Shown here: positions 1-9,739 of the stretch, one piece after another
Layout of the letters: each line of letters opens with the position of its first letter
How positions within the stretch are numbered: the first letter of the stretch is position 1
DNA from: Candidatus Taylorbacteria bacterium RIFCSPHIGHO2_01_FULL_46_22b
GTDB taxonomy: Bacteria; Patescibacteriota; Minisyncoccia; Phycocordibacterales; DSPV01
DNA: 64,000 nt
Reading direction: 5' to 3'
Assembly (NCBI GenBank): GCA_001820875.1
Contig: MHRF01000007.1
Span: forward strand, 140,479 to 204,478
The notes under the pieces: model-generated
Told to the model about the DNA's origin: nothing
Database searches by the model: none
The model's input: only the letters and a program-made list of their open reading frames with translations
Program-made: the position numbers and the translations under genes

Positions 1-395
1 AAGCAGAAAAAGAATATGGGAGACTAAAAAAATTATATGAAGAATGCACACTCGAGTTTGGGAAGCGTGTGTTCAAAGGAACTATTGTTGAAAATAGCTT
101 ACGTAATAAAGATATTCTAGAGAAAGTCAAAATTGAAAAGACATATCATTCAAATGATTGGAAATTGTATGATGTTTTTGTCGGCGAGAAACGGATTTCT
201 GAACTCCCAAAATATTTGGCCGATGGCCCGTGGTATATCCATCTTTGGGAGGAGGGGAAAGATGAGGTGAGAATCATTTTTAAGGACAAGAGTTTTACTG
301 TACAATCTTCAGATAAGTCTACATGGGTTGATGCGATTGCTTATGGGAAGTCCATCGGGATTCCAGACGAACAGTTAGATTTTTATATTAAGTAA
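1..395 (+). CDS. hypothetical protein, 5'-partial; reading frame is open to the window start
   Basis: ORF 69..395 begins with GTG, but the same frame has no stop back to position 3 and no upstream ATG. It probably continues off the window. Confidence 0.45.
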   Translation, partial: AEKEYGRLKKLYEECTLEFGKRVFKGTIVENSLRNKDILEKVKIEKTYHSNDWKLYDVFVGEKRISELPKYLADGPWYIHLWEEGKDEVRIIFKDKSFTVQSSDKSTWVDAIAYGKSIGIPDEQLDFYIK

Positions 396-411
396 TAACT
401 ATTTAAAAAAT

Positions 412-768
412 ATGAAATTAAAAATTCTGATAACGATTCTTATCTTTGTGGCGATAGTGTTTGGCTATGTCTATTTTTCAAATCAAACGACGACGCTCAC
501 CGACACTGATTTCTCTGATTCGGTAGAGTATGTCTGCGCGGAAGGGAAGACCCTCGGAGCAGCATTTGCTGATGGAATCACCCGTGTCTCTCTATCTGAT
601 AAAAGAGTGTTTACGCTTGAGCAAGTCTCAACAGACGATGAATCTGGGACAAAATTTGCAAATGATGGAGATCAGATTGTTTTCTGGGTAAAAGATGATA
701 GCGCATTTCTAGAAGAAGTTGGCGCGACTACTTATGCTGGATGCAGAGTCTCGACCCCCTCATATTAG
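412..768 (+). CDS. membrane-anchored MliC-like lysozyme inhibitor family protein
   Basis: N-terminal TM segment. Two conserved Cys residues (YVCAEGK...YAGC). Lipocalin-like pattern typical of MliC/DUF (SxxGxxYxxxDxxxxxWxKGDEA-like). Confidence 0.45.
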   Translation: MKLKILITILIFVAIVFGYVYFSNQTTTLTDTDFSDSVEYVCAEGKTLGAAFADGITRVSLSDKRVFTLEQVSTDDESGTKFANDGDQIVFWVKDDSAFLEEVGATTYAGCRVSTPSY

Positions 769-792
769 ATACGTTTCGTTGCCATATCAGAA

Positions 793-1266
793 ATGAAAAA
801 ATTCTCCCCAGAAGAATATTATAAAAGTCTGCCCAAGAAACGCATGGGTTCCGGTGTTCTGTTTTTTAATGGCAAAGGAGAAATTTTGGTAGTAAAACCA
901 AACTATAAAGAAGGTTGGATTCTTCCGGGAGGAACGGTGGATGAAAATGAATCTCCCTTAACGGCAGCAGTGCGGGAAGTAAAAGAGGAAATCGGACTTG
1001 ATATATCAAAACTTACTTTGGCGTGTGTTGATTACACTCCCTTAGTGGGAGGAATAAAAACGGAAGCGTTGCAATTTGTGTTTACTGGTGGAGTTTTGGA
1101 CGATAAGCATATTTCACAAATAAAGTTGCAGGCGGAAGAACTAGATACGTTCAAGTTTGTTTTTCCAAGCGAAGCGCTTTCGATTTTAACTCATGGTTTG
1201 AGAGCAAGACTGCCCGATTGTCTAAAAGCGATAGAAAAGGGGACCGTAATATATCGGGAATCCTAA
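793..1266 (+). CDS. NUDIX hydrolase
   Basis: Nudix box GGTVDENESPLTAAVREVKEEIGL (Gx5Ex7REUxEExGU). Confidence 0.8.
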   Translation: MKKFSPEEYYKSLPKKRMGSGVLFFNGKGEILVVKPNYKEGWILPGGTVDENESPLTAAVREVKEEIGLDISKLTLACVDYTPLVGGIKTEALQFVFTGGVLDDKHISQIKLQAEELDTFKFVFPSEALSILTHGLRARLPDCLKAIEKGTVIYRES

Positions 1267-1334
1267 CGTCCATAATGAATGAGATGAGGATTTACAATTT
1301 TGGGGCGTATACTGTTAGAGACAAGATTTGATAT

Positions 1335-2258
1335 ATGAACAAAAAATTTATTATCGGAGGAATCATCCTAGTGCTCGCACTTAGCAATGCGTTTGTAATA
1401 TTTTCTTTTTCAAAAAATAGAGCAAGTTTGACTCAAGAAGACGCTATACACTCTGTCATTGAGCTATACCCTGACTTAGCTGCATATCAGACTATATCCC
1501 TTCCACCAAGTTCGATCGAGGCGAAGCAGACAACTTCAGGATGGTCTGTTGGATTTATTCAGCGTGGGAGCGGTGTGGTAGGAATATTAAACGCAAAATG
1601 TTATCAGGTTAGTGACACAGGAAATGTAGTCTTGATTGGGACTTACCTAGGACAAGGCGGTCAGATTGCACAGCAAATCGAACTTGAAACATGTGAGCCG
1701 GTGTTTGGAGAAATATCAGAACCGCCGTTTGTTTCTTTTCTGTCCTACGGGAACGTTACGCTCAAGCTCAATGAGACCGCACCATTTAAAGACCTATCAA
1801 TTCGTACACTTTCCATTGAAGAAGATAGCCGCTGTCCGAGTGATGTGCAGTGTATCCAAGCGGGGACGGTGCGCGTGAAGGTGCAGGTAGTGTCGGGAAT
1901 GGGGACGAGTACCAGCGTTCTTAAGCTTGAAGAAGTGTTTACCACGGAAGCTGAAGTAATTACGTTGACGGATGTCAGGCCATACCCAAAATCTACGCAG
2001 ACGATTGCTTCTGCAGATTATCGTCTGGTGTTCAATGTGGTATCGAGGGGAGCTTCAGAACCTCCAGTTTCTATCGGCAAATGTTATATCGGCGGATGCT
2101 CATCACAGTTGTGTACCGATCAGCCTGATGCAGTCTCAACTTGCGAATACAGGGCCGAATATGGGTGTTATAAATCAGCAACGTGTAAAAGGCAGCCAAA
2201 CGGCCAGTGTGGATGGACACAGACGGCAGAACTTAGAGCTTGTCTTATAACACAATGA
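1335..2258 (+). CDS. secreted or membrane-anchored Cys-rich hypothetical protein
   Basis: N-terminal TM/signal anchor. Multiple Cys pairs in the C-terminal third. No recognisable catalytic motif. Confidence 0.5.
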   Translation: MNKKFIIGGIILVLALSNAFVIFSFSKNRASLTQEDAIHSVIELYPDLAAYQTISLPPSSIEAKQTTSGWSVGFIQRGSGVVGILNAKCYQVSDTGNVVLIGTYLGQGGQIAQQIELETCEPVFGEISEPPFVSFLSYGNVTLKLNETAPFKDLSIRTLSIEEDSRCPSDVQCIQAGTVRVKVQVVSGMGTSTSVLKLEEVFTTEAEVITLTDVRPYPKSTQTIASADYRLVFNVVSRGASEPPVSIGKCYIGGCSSQLCTDQPDAVSTCEYRAEYGCYKSATCKRQPNGQCGWTQTAELRACLITQ

Positions 2259-2319
2259 CACAATTTGTATATACTAGAAGTAGTTGCATAGGTAAGTTTT
2301 AATAACTAGTTTGTAATCT

Positions 2320-2733
2320 ATGGAAGTCAATTATGTTTTGATAGTAGTGGCGACAATCGCGCAATTTATTTTAGGAGGTCTCTGGTATTCGCCACTTCTA
2401 TTTGGAAAATGGTGGATGCAGTTTATGGAGTGTGACCATCTTTCGAAAGAAGAGTTGCAGAAAATGCAGAAATCGATGATGCCGTTTTATGGATTGCAGC
2501 TTCTCTTAACATTTTTCACGACTGTTTCCTTTGCAAATCTCGTTCCTTACATCAGCGCGTTTAGCATCTATCACATTGCCTTCTGGATCTGGATCGGGTT
2601 TATTGTTCCGACACAGATTGCATCAGTGGTTTGGGCAAACACCAAAAGAAAGTTCTGGCTCAAACAAATATTTGTCATGGTGTTCTACCAACTTGTTGGT
2701 ATTATGCTCACCGCGTGGATATTGTCGTTCTAG
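2320..2733 (+). CDS. DUF1761-family membrane protein
   Basis: GGLWYSPLLFGKWW motif characteristic of DUF1761. 4 predicted TM segments. Confidence 0.55.
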   Translation: MEVNYVLIVVATIAQFILGGLWYSPLLFGKWWMQFMECDHLSKEELQKMQKSMMPFYGLQLLLTFFTTVSFANLVPYISAFSIYHIAFWIWIGFIVPTQIASVVWANTKRKFWLKQIFVMVFYQLVGIMLTAWILSF

Positions 2734-2749
2734 CTATTTGTAAACAAAG

Positions 2750-3376
2750 ATGGAATCTCGCTCTGAACACAATCAATTAGATTCAGATCTTGCTCCTGAA
2801 AATGTACACGACAAACCTCCTCGTATATTTCACTTGCAAATTTCTGCTGAGGAACAAGAAGCGCTGACAAAAAAGTTTGAGTTTGATAAACCGAGGGAAC
2901 GATCTTACGTGTATTTTGACACTAGTGCGGATTCAGAACATGCGATGTTGTTTAAAAACAAGGTTCGGCTGCGAATAAAAACGAAGGGGTTAGTACATAC
3001 CTTGGAATTGAAAACGCGGGGAAATGTAAAAAATGAAGTTGAGGACACTCTTTCTGCAGAAGAGTTTCAGGCTTTGCTTGAAGGTGTCTTTCCAGATGGA
3101 AAGGTTAAAGATACACTTTCTGAACAGAACTTATTTTTTCCGGTTAAACCGATTGATAGCTCAATTTCTGTACGACGAGGACTTGCATTTCATGGCGGAA
3201 AATTAACGCTCGATCAGACCACGATTAATCATCGGCCAGAGGCAAATTATACGCTTGAATTTCACTCAAAAGGGACGTTCTCTGATGGAGAGATACAGGC
3301 TCTTTTAGAGGAGCTTGGAGTTTCCAATAATCCGGTCAAAAAAAATAAATTAGAAAAATTTTGGGAAGGGAGATAG
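2750..3376 (+). CDS. CYTH-like (triphosphate tunnel metalloenzyme) domain protein
   Basis: YFDT...VRLRIKTKG...TLELKTRG...EVEDTLSAEEF pattern of CYTH beta-barrel strands. The N-terminal ExExK motif is not obvious. Confidence 0.4.
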   Translation: MESRSEHNQLDSDLAPENVHDKPPRIFHLQISAEEQEALTKKFEFDKPRERSYVYFDTSADSEHAMLFKNKVRLRIKTKGLVHTLELKTRGNVKNEVEDTLSAEEFQALLEGVFPDGKVKDTLSEQNLFFPVKPIDSSISVRRGLAFHGGKLTLDQTTINHRPEANYTLEFHSKGTFSDGEIQALLEELGVSNNPVKKNKLEKFWEGR

Positions 3377-3442
3377 TGGACGGAAACCCCGTACTTTGTC
3401 GTAATATTTTCAGTCCTAAAATCGTGGTAAAATAGAATTACT

Positions 3443-4327
3443 ATGAAAAAAGCTATTATAGCGGTTATTGCCATTATTATTATCGCCGGGGGCATTTATT
3501 ATTTCACTCGCAGTTCTTCGCAGGATACGACGCAAGATCAGACAACTAACACAGATACAACCCCAGCACCGATAGTTGATAAGACTAAGACAGTTATCGG
3601 GAAATCTGTCCAAGGAAATGACCTAACGGCATATCACTTTGGCACAGGGACGACCACAGAGGTTTTGTTTGTCGGGGGTATTCATGGCGGATATGAATGG
3701 AACACGGCGCTGGTTGCATATGAGCTCATGGATTACTTGAAAACAGATCCTTCAGTTATTCCGGCTAATGTTTCAGTTACCGTTATTCCAGTATTAAACC
3801 CGGACGGGTTGAATAAGACTGTTGGCACGACCACTCGTTTTTCAGCATCAGATGTTCCATCATCGCAGGAAACCCAGATTGCGGGACGCTTTAATGCAAA
3901 CACCGTAGATCTCAACCGGAACTTTGACTGTGATTGGCAGGCAGAAGGGAAGTGGCAGACAAAGACCGTGAGCGGAGGGACGGCGGCGTTTTCCGAGCCG
4001 GAGAGTCTTGCAATCAAGAATTATGTTGAAATGAAGAAGCCGGCGGCAGTTGTCGTCTGGTACAGCTCTGCAGGAGGAGTTTTCGCGTCAAACTGCCACA
4101 CAGGAGTCTTACCCGAAACAAATAAAATCACCAAAGTATATGCAGACGCTTCAGGATATCCGGCATTCCAGAGCTTTGATTTCTACGAAGTCACTGGCGA
4201 CATGGTGAATTGGCTCGCAAAAAATAATGTTCCGGCAATCAGCGTACTTTTGACCAACCACACGAGCACCGAGTGGACTAAGAATCAGGCAGGCGTAAAA
4301 GCACTCCTTCAGTATTATGCTAAATAA
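3443..4327 (+). CDS. M14-like zinc carboxypeptidase family protein, membrane-anchored (paralog 1)
   Basis: N-terminal TM. GGIHGGYEWN (HxxE-like zinc motif). VLNPDG and DLNRNFD motifs conserved in the M14/peptidase fold. Confidence 0.6.
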   Translation: MKKAIIAVIAIIIIAGGIYYFTRSSSQDTTQDQTTNTDTTPAPIVDKTKTVIGKSVQGNDLTAYHFGTGTTTEVLFVGGIHGGYEWNTALVAYELMDYLKTDPSVIPANVSVTVIPVLNPDGLNKTVGTTTRFSASDVPSSQETQIAGRFNANTVDLNRNFDCDWQAEGKWQTKTVSGGTAAFSEPESLAIKNYVEMKKPAAVVVWYSSAGGVFASNCHTGVLPETNKITKVYADASGYPAFQSFDFYEVTGDMVNWLAKNNVPAISVLLTNHTSTEWTKNQAGVKALLQYYAK

Positions 4328-5208
4328 TGCAGACGGTTTCTACGAAGAAAGTTGTCGCGATAGTCGTTTTGATTATCGCGCTTGGGGTCGCTGGATTTTG
4401 GTTGCTTAGCCGGTCAAAACACACGCCCGAAGCCGTAAAAGTTGAGACGCCAAGACACACGGTGATTGGAAGATCTGTTGAAAACCGTGCGATTGATGCG
4501 TATACATATGGAAATGGAGGTGCGCAGATTTTATTTGTCGGCGGAGTTCATGGCGGATATGAATGGAACAGCGTGCTTCTCGCATACAAATTTATGGATT
4601 ACCTCGATGTATATCCTGAAATAGTTCCTCAAAATCTGACTGTTATCGTCATCCCATCTCTCAATCCTGACGGCGTCTATAAAATAGTTGGCAAAGAAGG
4701 ACGTTTTGCTCTGGCCGATATTCCCGTGGATACAGACCAATCTGCAGGGCGATTTAATGCACACGAAGTGGATCTCAACCGAAATTTCGATTGCAAATGG
4801 CAATCAAAGAGCACATGGCGCGACAAAGTGGTGAGTGCAGGATCGGCGCCATTTTCAGAGCCTGAAGCGGAAGCTCTCAAGGATTTTGTTTTAGCAAATC
4901 ATCCCTCCGCTGTTATTTTCTGGCATAGCCAGTCTAATGCGGTCTATGCATCGCAGTGCGAAAATGGGATTCTACCAATCACACTCGATATCATGAATGC
5001 ATATGCGAAAGCAGCGGGATACCCTGCAGTAAAGACATTTGACGCATACGCGACCACAGGCGCCGCTGACGACTGGCTCGCCTCCATAAACATTCCCGCG
5101 ATTACCGTTGAACTCAAAACACACGAGGACATTGAATGGGAAAAGAATCTTAAAGGTATACAAGCGCTGTTTGAGTATCTCGAGGAACACGCTAACATAT
5201 TGCCGTAG
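4327..5208 (+). CDS. M14-like zinc carboxypeptidase family protein, membrane-anchored (paralog 2)
   Basis: Tandem paralog of 3443..4327 with the same GGVHGGYEWN, SLNPDG and DLNRNFDC motifs. Its start overlaps the stop of the upstream gene (ATAATG). Confidence 0.6.
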   Translation: MQTVSTKKVVAIVVLIIALGVAGFWLLSRSKHTPEAVKVETPRHTVIGRSVENRAIDAYTYGNGGAQILFVGGVHGGYEWNSVLLAYKFMDYLDVYPEIVPQNLTVIVIPSLNPDGVYKIVGKEGRFALADIPVDTDQSAGRFNAHEVDLNRNFDCKWQSKSTWRDKVVSAGSAPFSEPEAEALKDFVLANHPSAVIFWHSQSNAVYASQCENGILPITLDIMNAYAKAAGYPAVKTFDAYATTGAADDWLASINIPAITVELKTHEDIEWEKNLKGIQALFEYLEEHANILP

Positions 5209-5249
5209 CTTTAAAGTTTTAATCTATCTAGTTTTGATATACTGGAGTT

Positions 5250-5840
5250 ATGGATTATAAAATTATAATCAGCGTTATTTCTGTTGCTCTCGTATTCATT
5301 GGGTACGGTTGGTATATCAGAGACATCTTACAAAAGAAGACCACTCCCCACGCTTTTACTTTTTTGGGGTGGTCGCTTGCAAGTTCAATTGCATGGGCAC
5401 TTCAAGTGTATGGAGGAGCAGGTGTTGGCGCATGGATAACTTTCTGGGTAACTGCCGTTTGTATATTCATCTTCTTTCTTTCTCTCAAATACGGAGAAAA
5501 AAACATCACTACCTTAGATGTTATGTTTTTGTTACTAGCTCTATCTTCCCTTTTTCTTTGGATAGTTGTAGATCAACCAGTGTGGTCAGTAATATTGGTT
5601 GTGCTCACTGACGTATTGAGTTTCGGGCCGACTTTGAGAAAGTCATGGAACAAACCACACTCGGAGACACTTTTTACTTGGTGGGTTGCGGCATTCAGAC
5701 ACGGATTTGGGATCCTTGCGTTGCAGAAGTTTAACATCCTCACGCTTCTCTATCCGATAGCGTGGACAGCGGCCAATGTTTTATTTTGTTTAATCTTGAT
5801 TGTTAGGCGCAAACAGATTAAACAGGTCCCATTAGTATGA
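5250..5840 (+). CDS. polytopic membrane protein, hypothetical
   Basis: 6 hydrophobic segments. No recognisable motif. Confidence 0.5.
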   Translation: MDYKIIISVISVALVFIGYGWYIRDILQKKTTPHAFTFLGWSLASSIAWALQVYGGAGVGAWITFWVTAVCIFIFFLSLKYGEKNITTLDVMFLLLALSSLFLWIVVDQPVWSVILVVLTDVLSFGPTLRKSWNKPHSETLFTWWVAAFRHGFGILALQKFNILTLLYPIAWTAANVLFCLILIVRRKQIKQVPLV

Positions 5841-5844
5841 GGTT

Positions 5845-6132
5845 ATGTATTTCGTCTACATTATTCGGTGTTCGGACGATACGCTGTATACCGGCATCAC
5901 GACAGACGTTGAACGCAGATTTAATGAGCACAAAAATGGAAAAGGTGGGCACTATACTAAATCGAGAAAAGCGGTAGAGTTGTTGTATACCGAAAAGAGT
6001 CCTGATCGCAGTTCGGCACTCAAACGAGAAGCAGAAATCAAGAGTTGGAGCAGGGAGGAGAAGTTAAATTTGATTAATAAAGAGGAAGCGTCGAAATCTG
6101 TTTCAGAAATAGGACAAGACAATCAGTCCTGA
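5845..6132 (+). CDS. GIY-YIG nuclease superfamily protein (UPF0213-like)
   Basis: YFVYIIRCSDDTLYTGITTDVERRFNEHKNG matches the GIY-YIG signature. Confidence 0.7.
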   Translation: MYFVYIIRCSDDTLYTGITTDVERRFNEHKNGKGGHYTKSRKAVELLYTEKSPDRSSALKREAEIKSWSREEKLNLINKEEASKSVSEIGQDNQS

Positions 6133-7503
6133 AAAATAGAGATAGAAAACAGAAGCGACAATCAGGAAGATATTGGTGATAATCCCCGGCCGCAAGGGCT
6201 TGGGGAGTTTAAAGTTGTTCATATAGAACAGAATGGGGGTGTATATGGCCATAGTGAGGCCACCGAGCACCGCGCTAATGGTGAGCAAAATCAACGGTTG
6301 TTTGAGAGGAAGTAGAAGCGCACTCAAAAATACAATGATTAAAATTAAGCCGTAGTAGAGATGGCTTAGAGAGATTTTTTTGAACGGGGATAGAATTTTC
6401 TGAAACGGTCCGGTTTGGGAATTGACGTAAATAATGTCCGAGACAATTCTCGTGAACGCATCTATCACAGTCCACATTACGGAGAAGAGCATCAGAAATG
6501 CCATAATCAAAAACAGGTTGAAACCGAATGCTCCCCAGTTTTCACCGAATATATGAGCTTGGACGACGGCGACGTCCAAGCCGTCTGGCACGAGTCCTTT
6601 TGGTCCGAGCACGGCGTATGCGTTTAAGCTCAACAAAACAAGTGTGATGAGACCCAAGAGCCAGAAAATCAAACCCTGATCGATTTTGATGAAGTGCATC
6701 CATTTTTTCCACCGGACGAGATTTTCAGGGCTGGTTTCAAACGCATACCCTTTGTACGACACGGATTCTATTTTTCCGGTTATCGGATTGATGATTCTCC
6801 CGACATATTTCCCCATGCCAACTTGTTTGTCTCGATACCAAAGGGATATACAGAGATTGAGAAGCCCTCCGGCACCGGCAAAGACAATTGCACCGAGCAG
6901 AACTTGAATATTGATATCTTGGGGTAGATAGCCGAAATTAGTGATGCCGGCAAGAAGCTCCTTTAGATTTTCTATCGAGAGTGTCATGAAGCTCGAGATT
7001 ACGAGCAATATGAAAAATGTCGGGACAATAAATTTAAGCGATTTTTCAAGGAGCGAGTAGGCGACTTTGCCGCTGAACGTCAAAATTAAAACTAACAAAA
7101 GACTCATTACTGCCCACCAGAGATAGTGTCCGAACCCGAACAATTCTTTGAGTGTTGTGCCGATTGCAGCCGCCCATCCAGGCCAGATGTAGAGTAGGAG
7201 TGCCGAGAGCATCCAGAACGGTGCAAACCATTTAAAGATACGTGAGGAAGAAGTGAAGAAACTTTCGCCAGTGGCAAGTGAATGCCGTGCAACCTCTTGA
7301 TTGATGAAATATTGAAACGTGATTCCAAGGAGCGCTGTCCAGATGATGCCGAGCCCGTGTTTGGTGATCAGATGCGGCCACATAATAAGTTCGCCTGTGC
7401 CGATTGCAAGTCCTGTAACCACCACACCGACTCCGAGCGCCTTCGTCCAATGAGGGGGTTTAGGTAATTCCCTGATTTCTCGTTCGCCGTAATGCTGATC
7501 CAT
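6103..7503 (-). CDS. NRAMP-family-like divalent metal transporter (divergent)
   Basis: 11-12 TM segments. TM1/TM2 region aligns by eye with MntH, but the DPGN motif is replaced by GTGE (LGVGVVVTGLAIGTGELIMWP...HSLATGES). Confidence 0.5.
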   Translation of the reverse strand: MDQHYGEREIRELPKPPHWTKALGVGVVVTGLAIGTGELIMWPHLITKHGLGIIWTALLGITFQYFINQEVARHSLATGESFFTSSSRIFKWFAPFWMLSALLLYIWPGWAAAIGTTLKELFGFGHYLWWAVMSLLLVLILTFSGKVAYSLLEKSLKFIVPTFFILLVISSFMTLSIENLKELLAGITNFGYLPQDINIQVLLGAIVFAGAGGLLNLCISLWYRDKQVGMGKYVGRIINPITGKIESVSYKGYAFETSPENLVRWKKWMHFIKIDQGLIFWLLGLITLVLLSLNAYAVLGPKGLVPDGLDVAVVQAHIFGENWGAFGFNLFLIMAFLMLFSVMWTVIDAFTRIVSDIIYVNSQTGPFQKILSPFKKISLSHLYYGLILIIVFLSALLLPLKQPLILLTISAVLGGLTMAIYTPILFYMNNFKLPKPLRPGIITNIFLIVASVFYLYFSGLIVLSYF

Positions 7504-7592
7504 GAGAAAAGTATATCAGGTTTTGGATTTGCTATACTAGATGGGAATTTGGATAAACAACTAACTTTCCAAGTTTTCAACAAAAAACAGCT

Positions 7593-8015
7593 ATGAATAT
7601 GTTCAAACCAGTTAAAGCGAAATCCATCAAAGCATATTTCGAAATGCTTCCGGAGGAACGCCGAGTGCCGATGGAATTTTTGCACGCCTTTATTCAGAAG
7701 TCATCGCCCAAACTCAAGCCTATTTTTTCCTACAACATGTTAGGGTACGGAAGTTTCAAATACAAAAACTACAAAAAAGAGATTATCAATTGGCCGGTCA
7801 TCGCGCTTGCAAGCCAGAAAAATTACATAAGCGTGTATGTTTGCGCGGTGGATAAGGGGAAATATATCGCCGAGAAATATAAAAAGGAATTGGGGAAGGT
7901 AAGCGTTGGCAGGAGTTGCATTCGTTTCACGAAGCTTGAGGATTTAGATCTCAAAGTTTTCAAAAAGGTCATACAGCTTGCCTCAAAATCACCAGGACTT
8001 GTAGAAAATAAATAA
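7593..8015 (+). CDS. DUF1801 (YdhG-like) domain protein
   Basis: Size and pattern typical of the DUF1801 family (PEFLHAF...NMLGYG...YISVYV). Confidence 0.55.
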   Translation: MNMFKPVKAKSIKAYFEMLPEERRVPMEFLHAFIQKSSPKLKPIFSYNMLGYGSFKYKNYKKEIINWPVIALASQKNYISVYVCAVDKGKYIAEKYKKELGKVSVGRSCIRFTKLEDLDLKVFKKVIQLASKSPGLVENK

Positions 8016-8181
8016 TCTCTGGCGGGGTGTGCGACGGGCATTGGGAGTGGTTTAGGAAAGACGGCACCAAGATGCGTTCTGGATACTTTAAGAAAGGCAA
8101 GCAAGTCGGAAAATGGACGACATATGACGGGAAGGGAAAAGTGTATAAAATTACTCAAATGAAATAAGTTGTCTCGCATAT

Positions 8182-8838
8182 ATGCACAAGCCGAAAATAA
8201 TAGAAAAAACAGTTTATTTTGTCCGACATGGACAAAGCGAAGCAAATGTTTCCCACATATTCCAGCCTGTTGATTCGCCATTGACTGAAGTAGGGAAACA
8301 ACAGGCAAAACAAATTGCGGAGCGTATTGGGAAACTTTCTTTCGAAACGCTCATTGTCAGTCCATTTCCGCGGACAAAAGAAACTGCGGAATGTATCACA
8401 CAAAAAACGGGCAAAGCACCTGAATATTGCGATTTGTTTATTGAACGGGGCAAGCCGAGTGGGCTTGGTGGGAAATCATATGACGATCCGGAAGCAGACG
8501 GACTGTGGAAGGAATGGGAACACAGTTTGTATACATCTGGGGTGAGAGCAGGAGATGGAGAGAATTTTGATGATATCATCGCGCGTGCAGACAAAGCATT
8601 GGACTTTCTTCGACAGCGCAAAGAAAAAGTTCTCGTGGTGGTGACGCATGGATTTTTCCTACGAACGATAATCGCACGCGTTATTCTTGGCACGTTGCTC
8701 ACTCCCGAATCATTTCGAAATTTTCATGCTACGGTTGGTATGGAAAACACCGGCCTTTCTGTACTTACGTATGGCACCGTATATGAAGGTACATCATGGC
8801 GTTTGTGGATATATAATGATCACGCGCACTTGGGTTAG
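8182..8838 (+). CDS. histidine phosphatase family protein (phosphoglycerate mutase-like)
   Basis: VYFVRHGQSEAN (RHG catalytic motif) and VVVTHGFFLR. Confidence 0.75.
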   Translation: MHKPKIIEKTVYFVRHGQSEANVSHIFQPVDSPLTEVGKQQAKQIAERIGKLSFETLIVSPFPRTKETAECITQKTGKAPEYCDLFIERGKPSGLGGKSYDDPEADGLWKEWEHSLYTSGVRAGDGENFDDIIARADKALDFLRQRKEKVLVVVTHGFFLRTIIARVILGTLLTPESFRNFHATVGMENTGLSVLTYGTVYEGTSWRLWIYNDHAHLG

Positions 8839-8908
8839 GACTTAACGAGGCGATCCAGCAGAATAAATACAGAAAGTCTCCATAACAGCCTATATATTTT
8901 GTGATACT

Positions 8909-9721
8909 ATGGGGATATTCAACGCTTCCATTATGTATACACGGAAGACAAAATACGGTTTTACACTCATTGAACTTCTGGTGGTAATATCCATTATCAG
9001 TTTAATGGCTTCTATCGTATTGGCTTCTGTAAATTCCGCACGGGATAAGGCGCGGGTTGCCGCTGGACTCACTTTTTCTAATCATATTTTTCATGCCTAT
9101 GGGGCTGATGCGACTGGCGTATGGAATCTTGATGAGGGATCAGGTTCAATTGTATACAATACTTCAGGATATGGAACAAATAACGGTTCGATCACTGGTG
9201 CGACATGGACAACCGGCCCGAATAAAAAGCCCGCGTTGCATTTTGTGGATGGTAACTTTGTCAATGTCGGATCGGTAACTTTGCCGATTAATGTAAGCGT
9301 TGCTGCGTGGATTAAGACTTCATCAAGCGTGCAGAAACCCATATTTAGCAATCGCGGTACCGGCATTTATTTTGGCATTACCGGTGGGAAATTCTTTACC
9401 TATTACACGACTGGTTCGCCTCAAAACATGGTTTCGGTCATTTCGGTAAATGATAATGGGTGGCATCACGTAGTGTGGACATCAAATGGGTCTGTGTCTC
9501 GTATGTATGTTGATGGACGACTTGATTCAAGAATCAATCAATCGAGAGGTGCGCAAACAGGTACCGCCTATATTGGGTGGGACGCGCCCAATTTCAATGA
9601 GTATTTTGCAGGTGATATAGCTCAAGTTGCAGTGTATAATAATGTATTGAGCGCAGGGGATGTAGAACAGCTGTATGCTCAAAACGCGGGACGATTTCTT
9701 GCGGATAGGACTATTAAATAA
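8909..9721 (+). CDS. type IV pilin-like protein with C-terminal LamG/concanavalin-like lectin domain
   Basis: Prepilin N-terminus [26 protein letters not shown]-terminal DIAQVAVYNNVLSAGDVEQLYAQNAG is the classic LamG-jellyroll signature. Confidence 0.7.
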   Translation: MGIFNASIMYTRKTKYGFTLIELLVVISIISLMASIVLASVNSARDKARVAAGLTFSNHIFHAYGADATGVWNLDEGSGSIVYNTSGYGTNNGSITGATWTTGPNKKPALHFVDGNFVNVGSVTLPINVSVAAWIKTSSSVQKPIFSNRGTGIYFGITGGKFFTYYTTGSPQNMVSVISVNDNGWHHVVWTSNGSVSRMYVDGRLDSRINQSRGAQTGTAYIGWDAPNFNEYFAGDIAQVAVYNNVLSAGDVEQLYAQNAGRFLADRTIK

Positions 9722-9739
9722 TAATGAAATATCATTTAT

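Noticed and set aside
7823-8403. Minus-strand ORFs 7823..8308 and 8155..8403
   Set aside because: They overlap the DUF1801 and histidine phosphatase genes, which have clear motifs. No motif of their own.
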